Shown here: positions 20,644 through 31,108 of the stretch, one piece after another | How positions within the stretch are numbered: the first letter of the stretch is position 1 | How the letters are laid out: each line of letters begins with the position of its first letter | Assembly (NCBI GenBank): GCA_036170915.1 | Contig: JAVHQC010000022.1 | Span: 64,001-128,000 of the forward strand | Direction of reading: 5' to 3' | Origin: Cyanobacteria bacterium auto_48_18 | GTDB taxonomy: Bacteria > Cyanobacteriota > Vampirovibrionia > Obscuribacterales > Obscuribacteraceae | DNA: 64,000 nucleotides | Position numbers and translations under genes: made by a program | Notes under the pieces: generated by a model | Told to the model about the DNA's origin: nothing | Databases searched by the model: none | What the model saw: only the letters and a program-made list of their open reading frames with translations

Positions 20644-22085
20644 TCACAAAGTGCAAATTTCTTATTATCGGCGCTGGTCCTACCGGCTTGGGTGCGGCCT
20701 GGCGACTGGCTGAGCATGGCTATAGAAAAGCAGAAGACTGGCTATTAATAGAAAGTGCAGAGGTCGCCGGAGGTTTGTCTGCTTCAGTGGTAGACGAGGC
20801 ACAATTTACCTGGGACAAAGGTGGTCATGTGATTTTTTCTCACTATGATTACTTTGATAAATTGTTGGATGATCTGCTCGGTGACAGCTGGGTGAGCCAC
20901 AGTCGCGAAGCGTGGGTCTATTTGCGCGAGCGCTTTGTGCCTTATCCTTTTCAAAATAATATCTGGCGCTTGCCTGCCGATGAGCAACTTGCCTGCCTGG
21001 AAGGCTTGCTCGACGTCAACAACTTGCGCGCTGCCGGCAGTCAGCAGCCTCCCAAAAGCTTTTTGGAATGGATAGAGCGCAGCTTCGGCAAAGGGCTGGC
21101 GGAAGTATTCTTTATTCCATACAACAAAAAAGTATGGGCATACGACCCGGCCAAACTATCAGCTCACTGGGTCGGTGAGCGCGTAGCCACCGTTGATATG
21201 ATGAAAGTTTTGCATTCGGTGGTCAATCAAAAAGATGATCGTGGCTGGGGGCCAAACGCGCAGTTTCGTTATCCACTGCATGGTGGCACTGGCGCCATCT
21301 GGCGCGCTCTGGCCGATCGCTTGCCCTCGCAATGCATGAAATACAATCAGAGCGTAGTTAAAATTGAAGCGACAAATAAGATTGCTCATCTAGCTTCTGG
21401 TGAAATAATCGAATACGAATATTTGATTTCAACAATGCCTTTAAACTTGTTGATTTCAAGCTCGCCCGATTTGCAACATCTTAAGGCCGACGCTGACTCG
21501 TTCAAGTATTCGAGTGTACACATCGTTGGCATCGGTATGAAAGGCTCGCCGCCTAAGGAGCTGCAAGCGAAGTCGTGGCTTTATTTTCCTGAGCCGCAGT
21601 GCCCCTTTTACCGCGTCACTGTTTTTTCAGGCTATTCGCCCCACAACGTTCCGGCTGAGGGTGAACACTGGTCACTGATGTGCGAAGTATCAGAGTCACC
21701 AGATAAGGCAGTCGACGCTGCCACTATCGTGCACGATGTCATAGAGGGCGCCCGGTGGGCAAAAATGATTGTGCCTGACACCGAGATAGAGTCAAAGTGG
21801 CATTTGCGTATTGAGCATGGTTATCCCACTCCGTTTCTTGGGCGCGATCAGTTGCTCGATGCCATTGAGCCTCAATTGCGGGCGCATAATATTTTCAGTC
21901 GTGGCCGCTTTGGCGCCTGGAAATACGAGGTATCGAATCAGGATCATTCACTGATGCAGGGCGTAGAAGCTGTGGATCACATTTTATTTGGTGAAGAAGA
22001 GAGCACTTTCCATTACCCTGGTAAAGTCAATGCAGGGGGCAAGAATGCCGTTCGACCAGTTCAAAATTTTACCCGGCCAGTCTGA
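20640..22085 (+). CDS. glf: UDP-galactopyranose mutase, eukaryote(GLF)-type
   Basis: GGHVIFSHY, WVGERVA, WGPNAQFRYP, GYPTP, RGRFGAWKYEVSNQDHSLMQGVE; ATG overlaps upstream TGA. Confidence 0.8.
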   Translation: MITKCKFLIIGAGPTGLGAAWRLAEHGYRKAEDWLLIESAEVAGGLSASVVDEAQFTWDKGGHVIFSHYDYFDKLLDDLLGDSWVSHSREAWVYLRERFVPYPFQNNIWRLPADEQLACLEGLLDVNNLRAAGSQQPPKSFLEWIERSFGKGLAEVFFIPYNKKVWAYDPAKLSAHWVGERVATVDMMKVLHSVVNQKDDRGWGPNAQFRYPLHGGTGAIWRALADRLPSQCMKYNQSVVKIEATNKIAHLASGEIIEYEYLISTMPLNLLISSSPDLQHLKADADSFKYSSVHIVGIGMKGSPPKELQAKSWLYFPEPQCPFYRVTVFSGYSPHNVPAEGEHWSLMCEVSESPDKAVDAATIVHDVIEGARWAKMIVPDTEIESKWHLRIEHGYPTPFLGRDQLLDAIEPQLRAHNIFSRGRFGAWKYEVSNQDHSLMQGVEAVDHILFGEEESTFHYPGKVNAGGKNAVRPVQNFTRPV

Positions 22086-24486
22086 TAGCGTAAGCGCTAG
22101 AGCTAGCTGGCTAGACGATCTGATCACTTTTGCTTTGCTTACGGCTCTGGTGACAGCCATATTTGCTCCTGTATTTTTCAGCGGTGGTCTGCTGGCACCA
22201 GATGACGGCATCTATCAGAATTTGCCTAATTTCTTTGGTGCGCGCACTTTGTGGACAACTTATCTGTGCGCCGGTTTTCCCCTGGTGGCTGATCCGCTGG
22301 TGCAATTTTTCTATCCCCCCGCCATTATTTTTGCTCATTTGCCCATGGGGTGGAATTTGTATGTACTACTTGGCTATGTGCTCTCGGGATTTTTTCTCTA
22401 CAGATATGTGCTGCTTTTGACAAACAGCTGGTATAGCTCGTTCATGGCTGCTCTTGCTTTCACCTTCAGTGGTTATTTGCTCAGCGAAGTTAACCACATG
22501 CATGTGGTGCACAATGCCTTCTGGCTTACCTTTTTGCTTCTGGCCTTTGAAAATTTAGCCAGGCGTCTAACAGTTAAATGGTTTGTCAGTGCCGCACTGG
22601 CCGTTTGCTTGATGATTTTTTGCGGGCACATGCAGCACAGTTGCTATACCCTTGCTCTCTGTTTTTTCTATATTTTACTGCGTGGTTTTTCTCATCAACC
22701 ACTAGCCTCTTTAGAGCAAAGAAAATATTTTCTCTGCTGCGCCACCACTCTTTTTTTAGGCCTGGCCATGGCGTCTGTGCAGCTTCTACCCACCAGAGAG
22801 CTGGCATCTTTTAGCGGCCGCGCTAATTTTTCTTTTCAAGATTTTCTTGCTTTTAGTTTGATGCCTCTACAAGCGACCGGTCTGTACTTCCCGTATTTGT
22901 TTGGTGGTGCAGCTGGTGGCATTATTAATATTCCAAGCTTCGCTGCTTTTGCTGCTGATACAAGTTTTGTTTATCTAGGCTTCATTCCTATGGTGCTGGC
23001 AGCGGCAGTTGTGAGCGTGCGTAGAAACGTGCTGATATGGTTCTGGTTAGCTATTGGCTTGGTTGCTTTTTTGCTGTCATTTGGCGATGCCACACCGCTT
23101 GGTTGGCTGGTTTATCACATACCTCAATATGGGTCGTTCCGCTGCCTCCATCGTACTTTGCTTTACAGTGCTCTTGCCACGGCAATTTTGCTTGGCCTGG
23201 CTACAGCCGCCTGTTTGAAAGGTGAGTTGAAAGGACGGGCACTAACTAACTCGCTGTTTATAAATGCCTGTTGTTTGATAGTAATTTTAGTTGGTGCCAC
23301 CACTGTTCAAAGTGCTCTGGTGACTCAGGCCGTATCAAAAGGCATCGCAAATTTTAGTGTTTTTCCTTGGGCCAATGCGGCTTTGGGATTGCAATGTCTT
23401 TATTTCGTTTTCAGCGCCGCTGCCTCAATTTATTTTTGGAAGTATGCTGGTGCTGCTGGTCAAAAGCAGCTTTGGGCTAAAATCTTTCTGGCTTTAGTAC
23501 TCTGCCTCGACCTTGCCACCACCGGCTGGTATGCCGGTGAGAGTCGCTGGCGCCTCAGCTCGCCTGCTGCAGCAAGTTTGCAACCGGTAGCAACAGTGTC
23601 TAGTCTGGCTCCGCTTCTAGAGAAAAATCATCAGCGTATTTTGGCTGTGCGTGGTGCTTCCGGAACTCCTGATGAAATTCCTTGCAATATTTCGCGCTTA
23701 TGGCAAGTGGACAGTGCCAGCGGTTATGAGCCTTTAATATTTTCGCGCTACAGTCAACTATTGAACATGACAGAAGGCGGCTTCTTGAGGGTGCCCTGGA
23801 ATTACACGGCCGCCGACCGTTGCTTCGATGTTCTGGCCATTCGCTACGCTACCTGCGCTCGAGGCGACGTGCGCTTGTTGAGTCTCAAAGATGCAAATGG
23901 TAAGGCTATTTGGCAGAAAATGGCAGACAGCGGCGAAGCTTCTATATTTGAAAATCTTCGTGCTATGCCGCGGGCCTGGTTGGTATCAGATGTGAAGACA
24001 ATGTCAGCTGCGCAAGTCTCAACTACAATCAAAACGTCAAGAATGCCTGATGGACAGTTATTTGATCCGGCGAAAATTGCTCTTGTAGATCATGAGCTTG
24101 CAGGTACACCCATATCCAAACCCATACCAGTGGCGCCCAATCAAGACTTGGATGCGCTTAAGTCTGACGTGACTTTTGATAGTGTCGAGGCCGACCGGAT
24201 AAGCCTTGACGTGGACGCCTCACGTGCTGCTGTTCTAATTCTCAGTGATAGCCAGTATCCGGGTTGGACAGTAAAGGTCAATCAAAAGTCAGCAGAAGCA
24301 TTTGGTTGCAACTACGTTCTACGAGGCGTTTTTGTACCTGCCGGTAAATCCAAAGTCGTATTCATCTATCAGCCACCGATGTTCAAGCTCGGCCTGATAA
24401 TTTCTATCTGTGCACTGGTTGCCTTATCTATCCTTGCAGGATGGTGGCGCTGGAATATGCAAAGATATGGTCATGGGAAAATTTGA
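22045..24486 (+). CDS. YfhO-family GT-C membrane protein
   Basis: GFPLVADP..FFYP, QLLPTREL, YPGWTVKVN, RGVFVPAG, C-terminal TM. Confidence 0.85.
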   Translation: MPFDQFKILPGQSDSVSARASWLDDLITFALLTALVTAIFAPVFFSGGLLAPDDGIYQNLPNFFGARTLWTTYLCAGFPLVADPLVQFFYPPAIIFAHLPMGWNLYVLLGYVLSGFFLYRYVLLLTNSWYSSFMAALAFTFSGYLLSEVNHMHVVHNAFWLTFLLLAFENLARRLTVKWFVSAALAVCLMIFCGHMQHSCYTLALCFFYILLRGFSHQPLASLEQRKYFLCCATTLFLGLAMASVQLLPTRELASFSGRANFSFQDFLAFSLMPLQATGLYFPYLFGGAAGGIINIPSFAAFAADTSFVYLGFIPMVLAAAVVSVRRNVLIWFWLAIGLVAFLLSFGDATPLGWLVYHIPQYGSFRCLHRTLLYSALATAILLGLATAACLKGELKGRALTNSLFINACCLIVILVGATTVQSALVTQAVSKGIANFSVFPWANAALGLQCLYFVFSAAASIYFWKYAGAAGQKQLWAKIFLALVLCLDLATTGWYAGESRWRLSSPAAASLQPVATVSSLAPLLEKNHQRILAVRGASGTPDEIPCNISRLWQVDSASGYEPLIFSRYSQLLNMTEGGFLRVPWNYTAADRCFDVLAIRYATCARGDVRLLSLKDANGKAIWQKMADSGEASIFENLRAMPRAWLVSDVKTMSAAQVSTTIKTSRMPDGQLFDPAKIALVDHELAGTPISKPIPVAPNQDLDALKSDVTFDSVEADRISLDVDASRAAVLILSDSQYPGWTVKVNQKSAEAFGCNYVLRGVFVPAGKSKVVFIYQPPMFKLGLIISICALVALSILAGWWRWNMQRYGHGKI

Positions 24487-25264
24487 AATACCTGGTGGTT
24501 TTGTCAGCATTGTTACGCCTGCACTGGGCTACGACGTGCACTGCTTTCATTCAAGTGCCGATCCGGCCAAGAATGCAGGCAGCAAAATATTGCTGCAGCT
24601 ACCTATCATCATGATTCACGGTGCTGTTGTTTCGCGCCGGTATCTATTGCCGCTAGCAAAAGCGCTGGCCAACGATTATGTTGTTTACGTGCCCGACTTG
24701 CCGGGTCATGGTGCCAGCACAAAGCCTAAAGATGCTCTACCAGTGCAGGAACAAGCCGAAGTTATTCACGCCTGGATGCAAGGTCTTGGTCTGGAGAAAG
24801 TGGTGGTATTGGCTAACTCTTACGGTTGCGAAATTGCCGTCGAGTTGGCAGTAAGGTATCCACAATCTGTAGAGAGGCTCATTTTAACTGGACCCGCAGC
24901 TGATCCAGCTGCTCCGACAAAATTTCAACAAGCATTGCGCTTGTTCTGGGATGGAGTTCTGGAAAATCAGAAAATGTACTGGGTGCTATTTGTCGATATG
25001 CTCGAACTCGGCTGGCACCGAGCCATGCAGACTACTCAAATTATGGTCGATTATGACTATCTGCCCAGATTACCTTTGTTAAAAATGAAAACTCTTGTGG
25101 CTCGTGGCGAAAATGATCCGTTGTCTCCGCAAAAGTGGTGTGAGCAAGTAGTTAGCCTGATACCAGACGCTAGGCTTAAGGTGGTGCCTAAAGGGCCGCA
25201 TAATATCAATTTTAGTACGCCTAATGAGCTGGCCGACCTTGTTGCTCAATTTCTCAATGATTAG
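24467..25264 (+). CDS. Alpha/beta hydrolase
   Basis: IHGA, PDLPGHG, ANSYG nucleophile, D and H near C-terminus. Confidence 0.88.
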   Translation: MVMGKFEIPGGFVSIVTPALGYDVHCFHSSADPAKNAGSKILLQLPIIMIHGAVVSRRYLLPLAKALANDYVVYVPDLPGHGASTKPKDALPVQEQAEVIHAWMQGLGLEKVVVLANSYGCEIAVELAVRYPQSVERLILTGPAADPAAPTKFQQALRLFWDGVLENQKMYWVLFVDMLELGWHRAMQTTQIMVDYDYLPRLPLLKMKTLVARGENDPLSPQKWCEQVVSLIPDARLKVVPKGPHNINFSTPNELADLVAQFLND

Positions 25265-25742
25265 GGTCTTTATTGGTTAGATTGACAATTTTGGCATGAC
25301 TGGCCGCCACTAAATCAGCAGGGGTGATCAGTATTTCATTGCCCCAAACACCAGCACCAACTCCAAGTATTTCTTCATCCATAAGCGATGCTTCGAGAAT
25401 CGAACAAAAGCCTTCCGGTTGCCAGTGAAACGGAGGAATAGAGCCAATTACATAGCCAGTAATCTGCTGCACAATTTCAGGTTTTGCCATTGAAATATTG
25501 CGCGATCCCAATGCTTTTTTTAGAAGACCGGAGACGGCATTTTGATCGCCGCCCACCATCACCAGGGCGTAATCGCCGCGATCAGTGCCGAACACCAGAG
25601 TTTTTACCATCTGCCGCTCGCGAAAGCCTAATGCTTGAGCTACGTTGGCTGCGCCCTTTTCTGTGCTGTCGGCAAACTTGCGAATTTCGTAGGCAATGTT
25701 TCTTTCGTCTAAGTAGCTGTGAGCCGGAAGCTTGACTGTCAT
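25254..25742 (-). CDS. YbaK/EbsC-family aminoacyl-tRNA deacylase
   Basis: KTLV, TGYVIGSIPPF, GAG motifs. Confidence 0.88.
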   Translation of the reverse strand: MTVKLPAHSYLDERNIAYEIRKFADSTEKGAANVAQALGFRERQMVKTLVFGTDRGDYALVMVGGDQNAVSGLLKKALGSRNISMAKPEIVQQITGYVIGSIPPFHWQPEGFCSILEASLMDEEILGVGAGVWGNEILITPADLVAASHAKIVNLTNKDPNH

Positions 25743-25888
25743 TTTCGACCTGATGGAAGAAGTGTTGATTGAAAATATAAGTTCGAACTCAGATTTTTCA
25801 GACTATAAGTTTAACCGGAAAGCTAAGCGGCGGAAGGTAAAGAATGGGACAATAAGTTTAACAGGGATGCATATTATGGAAATCGTCA

Positions 25889-26503
25889 ATGACTGGTAAC
25901 CAGGAAAGTGAAGCAGCGAAAATGAGCAGGCTGCTTTATGCCGAGATGGAACGCAAACTGCAAGACATGTTTGGGCCTGAGCATCGTACAGCTGCTCAGA
26001 TTGCTTTTGGTGGCGCCTGGCAGTCGTTAAATCGCATTGCCAAACACGGCGTTGGTGGTGTGCAGTCGGCTATCGACATGGTCAACGATCTAACAAAAGA
26101 ATTGAGTGAGGTAGAGTCATTCAGCATTGTGCCAAAACCTCCCGCCGAGATTGAAGTTGATATTCGCATTAAGAACGAAAAAGATATGCCGTTTAAGAAA
26201 AACGTGGCACCTTTTGTGGAAATAGAAGCGGTTTGTATAGCCAAGCGCGTACATTTTCAAGCCCTGGTTGATACTGAGAAGAGTGGCTTGCGGTGCAATA
26301 TTAATGAGGGTTTTTCAGTGCGCTTCAAAACTTTTTTAGGCAAGCAAACAGTGCCAATTAATGGCACGGCGATTTTGCGTTATGACGAAAATAAGCAAGT
26401 AGTGATGGAAGCTTCTACTAAATTGCCGGGCATTGACCTGCCGGTTAGCTTCACTCTACCGCTTAAGCAGCTGTTGCATGAAGCTCGCAAACACGTGGGC
26501 TAG
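25889..26503 (+). CDS. Hypothetical protein
   Basis: 204-aa ORF filling the gap between opposite-strand genes. Confidence 0.7.
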   Translation: MTGNQESEAAKMSRLLYAEMERKLQDMFGPEHRTAAQIAFGGAWQSLNRIAKHGVGGVQSAIDMVNDLTKELSEVESFSIVPKPPAEIEVDIRIKNEKDMPFKKNVAPFVEIEAVCIAKRVHFQALVDTEKSGLRCNINEGFSVRFKTFLGKQTVPINGTAILRYDENKQVVMEASTKLPGIDLPVSFTLPLKQLLHEARKHVG

Positions 26504-26508
26504 CAGGT

Positions 26509-27762
26509 TTAAACGATTTCCGCATATTGGTCTTTTTGCGGTAGTAGAGGAATCAAAAGCCAGCACCCTAAGGTTGCCACCGCGCTGACCACGATTAGTT
26601 GCGCAAATCCGTCTTTAAAAACATAGGTGTAAAGAGAGGCACCGATGTTGATGGAAATTTGCTCGGCAATATTGTACGCGGCAATGAGCACGGCGATGGT
26701 GGTGCTCTCAAAATCTTTAGGGCTGACATCGGCTGCCAGTCCGTAAACCAAAAGAATGGCAATCATTTCAGCAAATCCACGTAGAGTTTCTAAAGCCACT
26801 GCCGAGGCCGCCGAACCAAGCAGCAAATAGCCCAGTGTACTGGTAACGCCAACTACAACGGCTACTTTCGCTTGTGCTTGAGGGCTCAATTTTTTGTCGA
26901 GAAAGAAGCGATAAAAAACTGATCCCAATATCATGCCTACCGAAAATAGGGCACCTAGTTGGCCGATGAAAACCTGACTGAAACCTAGATCTTTAGTTTG
27001 ATGAAAGTATAGCGGCGTGCCGAATCCTGGGCTAAAACTCCAGCAGCACATGAATAAGCACACGAAGATCAGAGCACGTGACTGTGACTTTGCCAGCTGT
27101 TTTTTGATTGCCGGCAAGGAAATTTTAACTCCGGCTGATGGTTTTTCTTTGACTAAAATCCAGCTTGTTGCAGCGGCCAGAAAACAGGGTATGGCTGCGA
27201 TCAAAGCTGCGTTTGCCAGGGCGGTCTGCGGCGCAAAGTGACCGCAAAGATATCCGCCTAACAAAAACGAAATGATATTGGCACAGTAGTACCCGACAGC
27301 TTGAATGGCTTGAAACTTCCTGGTTTCAGCGTCAGGCCGGCCCATTTCAAGAGTCAGGCCGCAAAGAATGACAGTGCCGGCAGCCATGCCTGAGGCGGTG
27401 AGAAACAGAGCAACCATGAGCAAGGTAAGAGAGTGGCAGGTTGCGGCGGCCAGATAAAAAGCTCCGCTCAGGGCATAGACTAGAGTCAAGTATGATTTGC
27501 GTCGATAGCCGGCAAGTGGCACAGTGTCACTCAGAACACCGAAAATCGGTTTAATCATGAATGGCACCATTAGCACCGAAAGTAGTGCCGCTACCTGGGC
27601 AGCATTCATTTTCAGATCTTTGAGCAGGTAAAACTCTAAAGGCTGAGCAATCAAGCAAAAGTGCTGAGCAATACCTTGCGTAGCGTAGGCAATTATTATG
27701 TATACCAGGAAGGTGTTTTTCAGTTTGTTACTGGTTTGGTTTTTCAGCGCAGTGGGTGTCAT
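26509..27762 (-). CDS. MFS transporter, BT1/folate-biopterin family-like
   Basis: PFMIKPIFGVLSDTVPLAGYRRKSY signature; 12 TM pattern. Confidence 0.85.
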   Translation of the reverse strand: MTPTALKNQTSNKLKNTFLVYIIIAYATQGIAQHFCLIAQPLEFYLLKDLKMNAAQVAALLSVLMVPFMIKPIFGVLSDTVPLAGYRRKSYLTLVYALSGAFYLAAATCHSLTLLMVALFLTASGMAAGTVILCGLTLEMGRPDAETRKFQAIQAVGYYCANIISFLLGGYLCGHFAPQTALANAALIAAIPCFLAAATSWILVKEKPSAGVKISLPAIKKQLAKSQSRALIFVCLFMCCWSFSPGFGTPLYFHQTKDLGFSQVFIGQLGALFSVGMILGSVFYRFFLDKKLSPQAQAKVAVVVGVTSTLGYLLLGSAASAVALETLRGFAEMIAILLVYGLAADVSPKDFESTTIAVLIAAYNIAEQISINIGASLYTYVFKDGFAQLIVVSAVATLGCWLLIPLLPQKDQYAEIV

Positions 27763-27790
27763 AGTTTTATGGGTATGGTCTTAAGCGCTA

Positions 27791-28741
27791 TCAATCAACT
27801 TGCACTGTTGGTAGTGCGTCATTTACTTCGCGCAAGAGCGAAATATCTTCTTCATTGAATTGAACATGCAATTCTTTCAAGTTTTTCAGTTGCTTTAGGG
27901 GGGCCACAGTCTTTGCACTCCACGGCCGGCAACCAAGCCAGAGAATCTTCAAAGCCTTGAACTGCGGCAAAATGGTAACAGCAGAATCAGGATATTCGGT
28001 ATTTTGAATGCTGAGAAACTGTAAGGCCGGCAGCTGTTTTAGCAACAGGAAGTCTTTGTTTGTCAGTTTAGTGTTGTGAATCTCAATTTTTTTGACTTGC
28101 TTAGAACCAGCTACAAGGGCGAGCACTGGAGCAACGCTATCGCCGCTCAGCCTCGCCGATTGGAGTTGTTTGATAAATTTGAATTGGTTCGCGGCCTTGC
28201 CATTTTCAACTTGATCAAGCATAAGATTTTTCAAGCGAGGCAAAGAGTTTGTGAAAGTCACTAAAGACGCATCAATACTCGCGTTTTTCACTCGCACTGT
28301 CTCAATCGATTTGTTGCCTGATAATGGCGTCATTATGCTCTTGCCGGATTCACCGGAAATTGTGATACCGCTTATGGTATCGCTGCAGACTTTAATCAGG
28401 TTTGCATTTCCGAGTAGAAAGGTGGAAGGCTCCAGCATTATTTTTGCCTCGGTCGGTATTTTTACCTGACCTTTGGCGGCCACTAATTTTTCCTGTTCGC
28501 TGTCGGGGCTGATTTTATATTGCAAATCGCCAAAGCTACTGTCGCCGGGAAAATTGATGGTTTTGGTTTTCACCCCGAACTTAGGCTCGGCGCTGACTGC
28601 ATTCTGGCGTGTTTTCGCCGCCGCTTCCTGCGGCTGGGCGCTAAGAAGAAGCAGCGAGGATGAGGTCAGCAGAATTTTTATCAGTGAGGCAAAAGTCATA
28701 TAAAAGCGCAAGTTAATTGGAGAATAATCGATTATCATCAA
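27791..28741 (-). CDS. Secreted leucine-rich repeat protein
   Basis: Signal peptide (likely start MTFASL at ~28699); LxxLxL repeats; FPxxxxxG N-cap. Confidence 0.8.
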   Translation of the reverse strand: MMIIDYSPINLRFYMTFASLIKILLTSSSLLLLSAQPQEAAAKTRQNAVSAEPKFGVKTKTINFPGDSSFGDLQYKISPDSEQEKLVAAKGQVKIPTEAKIMLEPSTFLLGNANLIKVCSDTISGITISGESGKSIMTPLSGNKSIETVRVKNASIDASLVTFTNSLPRLKNLMLDQVENGKAANQFKFIKQLQSARLSGDSVAPVLALVAGSKQVKKIEIHNTKLTNKDFLLLKQLPALQFLSIQNTEYPDSAVTILPQFKALKILWLGCRPWSAKTVAPLKQLKNLKELHVQFNEEDISLLREVNDALPTVQVD

Positions 28742-28778
28742 ATCTGTAGAATAATACTACAAGGATGACAAGCGAATA

Positions 28779-30326
28779 GTGGCAACAGCGGCAAATCGCA
28801 GACTCGACAACTTAGTGCACTGGCCACTTGTCGGCGTTCTTTTTTTTCTGCTGGTGTTTTTCTATTATCAGGGCTGGTCACTATCTCTGGCTTCACCTTA
28901 TGGCTTGGGTGAAGAAGGCTCATCAATGTGGGCGGCTCTGGCCCTTTCCGAAAACAGAAATCCTTATGATTTTGCCCGCCTATATTCGCACCCCTGGCAA
29001 TGTGTGGTTTATCCACCAGTTTATTTTGCCTTGCTCGGTTGGCTCTTCAAGATTACCGGTGCAGCCTTTTACCCCATGCGCATGTTCAGTATGGGAGCTT
29101 TCATTGTCAGTCTGGTCACCAGCTACCGCATCTTTGGTTTAAGTGGTTGTTCAAAGTTAGCGCGCATTATTGGGTTGCTTGTATTCTCATCATTCTGGAC
29201 AATTTGGTCTTATTCATTCAAAGGGCGAGTAGATATGCTCTCCCTCACTTTTGTCTTGCTGGCAATTCAGCAATATTTGGTGCTGGCGCGTAAGCCCAAA
29301 GATGACAACGTATTTCGCCTACCTCGTCTCATTGTTATAGCCACTCTCTGCCTCGCTGCCGCCTTTACCAAACAGGCTGCACTGGTGGTGGTGCCGGCGA
29401 TTGCCGCAGCGTTGATCATCGGCAGGCAGTGGCGTCTGGCACTTCTGTTCATGGGGCTAAGTTCTTTTCTCATTGTTGTTACCGCATGGTTGATTAACAA
29501 TGCCACCGCTGGTGGTTTTCTCAATCACATGTTATTTGCCGCCCAGGCACCTTTTCACTGGCAAGCTCTGCATAAGCACTTGCTGTGGCTCGGTTCTAAT
29601 TGGTTACCATTTCTATTGACTCCGGTGGCTTTGTTTATCATTATTGCCGGTTATTTTCGTGATGGTGAACAGCGCCAGGGGCCATACCGCCGTCATCTTT
29701 CAGCGTTGGCTCTAATTTCAACTTTATTTATTTTGTCCAGCATTTTAGCTTTTTATTCTCTGGGAGCCGAATTTGCCAATGTTGACGAAACCATGGTGTC
29801 TGCATTCTGTTGTGCCTGGTTGCTTGCACTAGCAATAGATCAAACAAAACGGCGTTTTCTTTTTCTGATATTCATTTGTATTGCAGTAGGCATTTATGTA
29901 ATCAGTGATTTAACTGAGCGGTTAAATCAGTCTGTGATTCCCATGATCAACGCTCGTGAAGTTATGCGCTCTGTCCCCTTCAACAAGGGGCTGATGCTTT
30001 GCGAAGATTGCTCTGTTGCCATCGATCTAGACGCCAGGCCTGAATTTGTTGATATTGCCACGTTTTTGCAAACGTGGCAGGCAACGCCTGGTTTGCTCGA
30101 AGATCGTATGCAGGATATAAAAAGGCGCATCAAGGCCAAAGAATACGGTGCCCTGGTGCTAAATGCGCGAGACGGCTGTCTGCTTAAGCCTCATTATTAC
30201 TGGGATGAATCGGTGATTCGAGCGGTAAAAGATAATTATCAACCCGTTGGCTCTTTTATGGACGAAGGTCGCATGCAAGATTTTTATTTGCCCAAGATTG
30301 AAGACCAGGCACCACGGCTGCGCTAG
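28779..30326 (+). CDS. ArnT/PMT-like (GT-C) membrane glycosyltransferase
   Basis: EE after TM1, YPPVY, RVD, TKQ motifs; multi-TM. Confidence 0.75.
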   Translation: MATAANRRLDNLVHWPLVGVLFFLLVFFYYQGWSLSLASPYGLGEEGSSMWAALALSENRNPYDFARLYSHPWQCVVYPPVYFALLGWLFKITGAAFYPMRMFSMGAFIVSLVTSYRIFGLSGCSKLARIIGLLVFSSFWTIWSYSFKGRVDMLSLTFVLLAIQQYLVLARKPKDDNVFRLPRLIVIATLCLAAAFTKQAALVVVPAIAAALIIGRQWRLALLFMGLSSFLIVVTAWLINNATAGGFLNHMLFAAQAPFHWQALHKHLLWLGSNWLPFLLTPVALFIIIAGYFRDGEQRQGPYRRHLSALALISTLFILSSILAFYSLGAEFANVDETMVSAFCCAWLLALAIDQTKRRFLFLIFICIAVGIYVISDLTERLNQSVIPMINAREVMRSVPFNKGLMLCEDCSVAIDLDARPEFVDIATFLQTWQATPGLLEDRMQDIKRRIKAKEYGALVLNARDGCLLKPHYYWDESVIRAVKDNYQPVGSFMDEGRMQDFYLPKIEDQAPRLR

Positions 30327-31096
30327 TGACCAGTCAATCTTTTCTTGTCTGACTGAAACAGAAAATCTGGTGAGGCGAACATGGCATTTTTAGTCTTCTG
30401 GTCGGCATTGGTGGGCACGGCATTGTTCGTACCGTTTGCGCACAAAAAGTCTTTAGGGCGCTGAAAAAGACTCTCTGGCACTGAAACCGTTTTTTGTGAA
30501 GTGGTGTTGAAAATAGTAATTGCTTTGCGAGGCAAAGTCTCATATTCGTCGGCCCGTTGATCTTCTAGCGATAGATACTGCTGCAGTTTAAGCGGCACTC
30601 CGCCAACGGCAGGAATACTACCAGCAAAACCGCAAATCAAATCGATAGTCAAGGACGGTAACGCTGGCTCTTTCAGAACCCAGGCTCGGCTCCAGCTTTT
30701 TTTCGATGTTTGACGACTGTATACAAGCGCAGGTAAACCGTAAAGAGTGGTGCTTTCGCCTTTGCTCCACTTCTCGTCTAATAGAACGTCTGTGGCGCTG
30801 CTAAATGCCGTTGCACGGTTCATTTGCTCTACTGCCAGGGCGGTACTTTTAACGACGTAGCTGCGGCGAGCTATATTGATCACTTCAACTTCTTTAAACG
30901 GATAGCGCGTGATTGCCACTAGCCCTGTGGTGGGATGCTCCAGTCTGATAGCGGTTTTTGTCAGGTAGACCTTGAGTTTAGCGCCCAAATAATTATGTTG
31001 TTCCAGCACCAGGGCTGGTTTTGCCAGGCACGGGGCAGCGCTAAAAATAGTAGTGAGCAAAAGTAAGGCGCTGACTTTCGAAGAGAAGAGATTCAC
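30323..31096 (-). CDS. Hypothetical secreted protein
   Basis: Signal peptide ..APCLA; GGAG SD. Confidence 0.7.
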   Translation of the reverse strand: MNLFSSKVSALLLLTTIFSAAPCLAKPALVLEQHNYLGAKLKVYLTKTAIRLEHPTTGLVAITRYPFKEVEVINIARRSYVVKSTALAVEQMNRATAFSSATDVLLDEKWSKGESTTLYGLPALVYSRQTSKKSWSRAWVLKEPALPSLTIDLICGFAGSIPAVGGVPLKLQQYLSLEDQRADEYETLPRKAITIFNTTSQKTVSVPESLFQRPKDFLCANGTNNAVPTNADQKTKNAMFASPDFLFQSDKKRLTGH

Positions 31097-31108
31097 GGCA
31101 TCTCCAAC

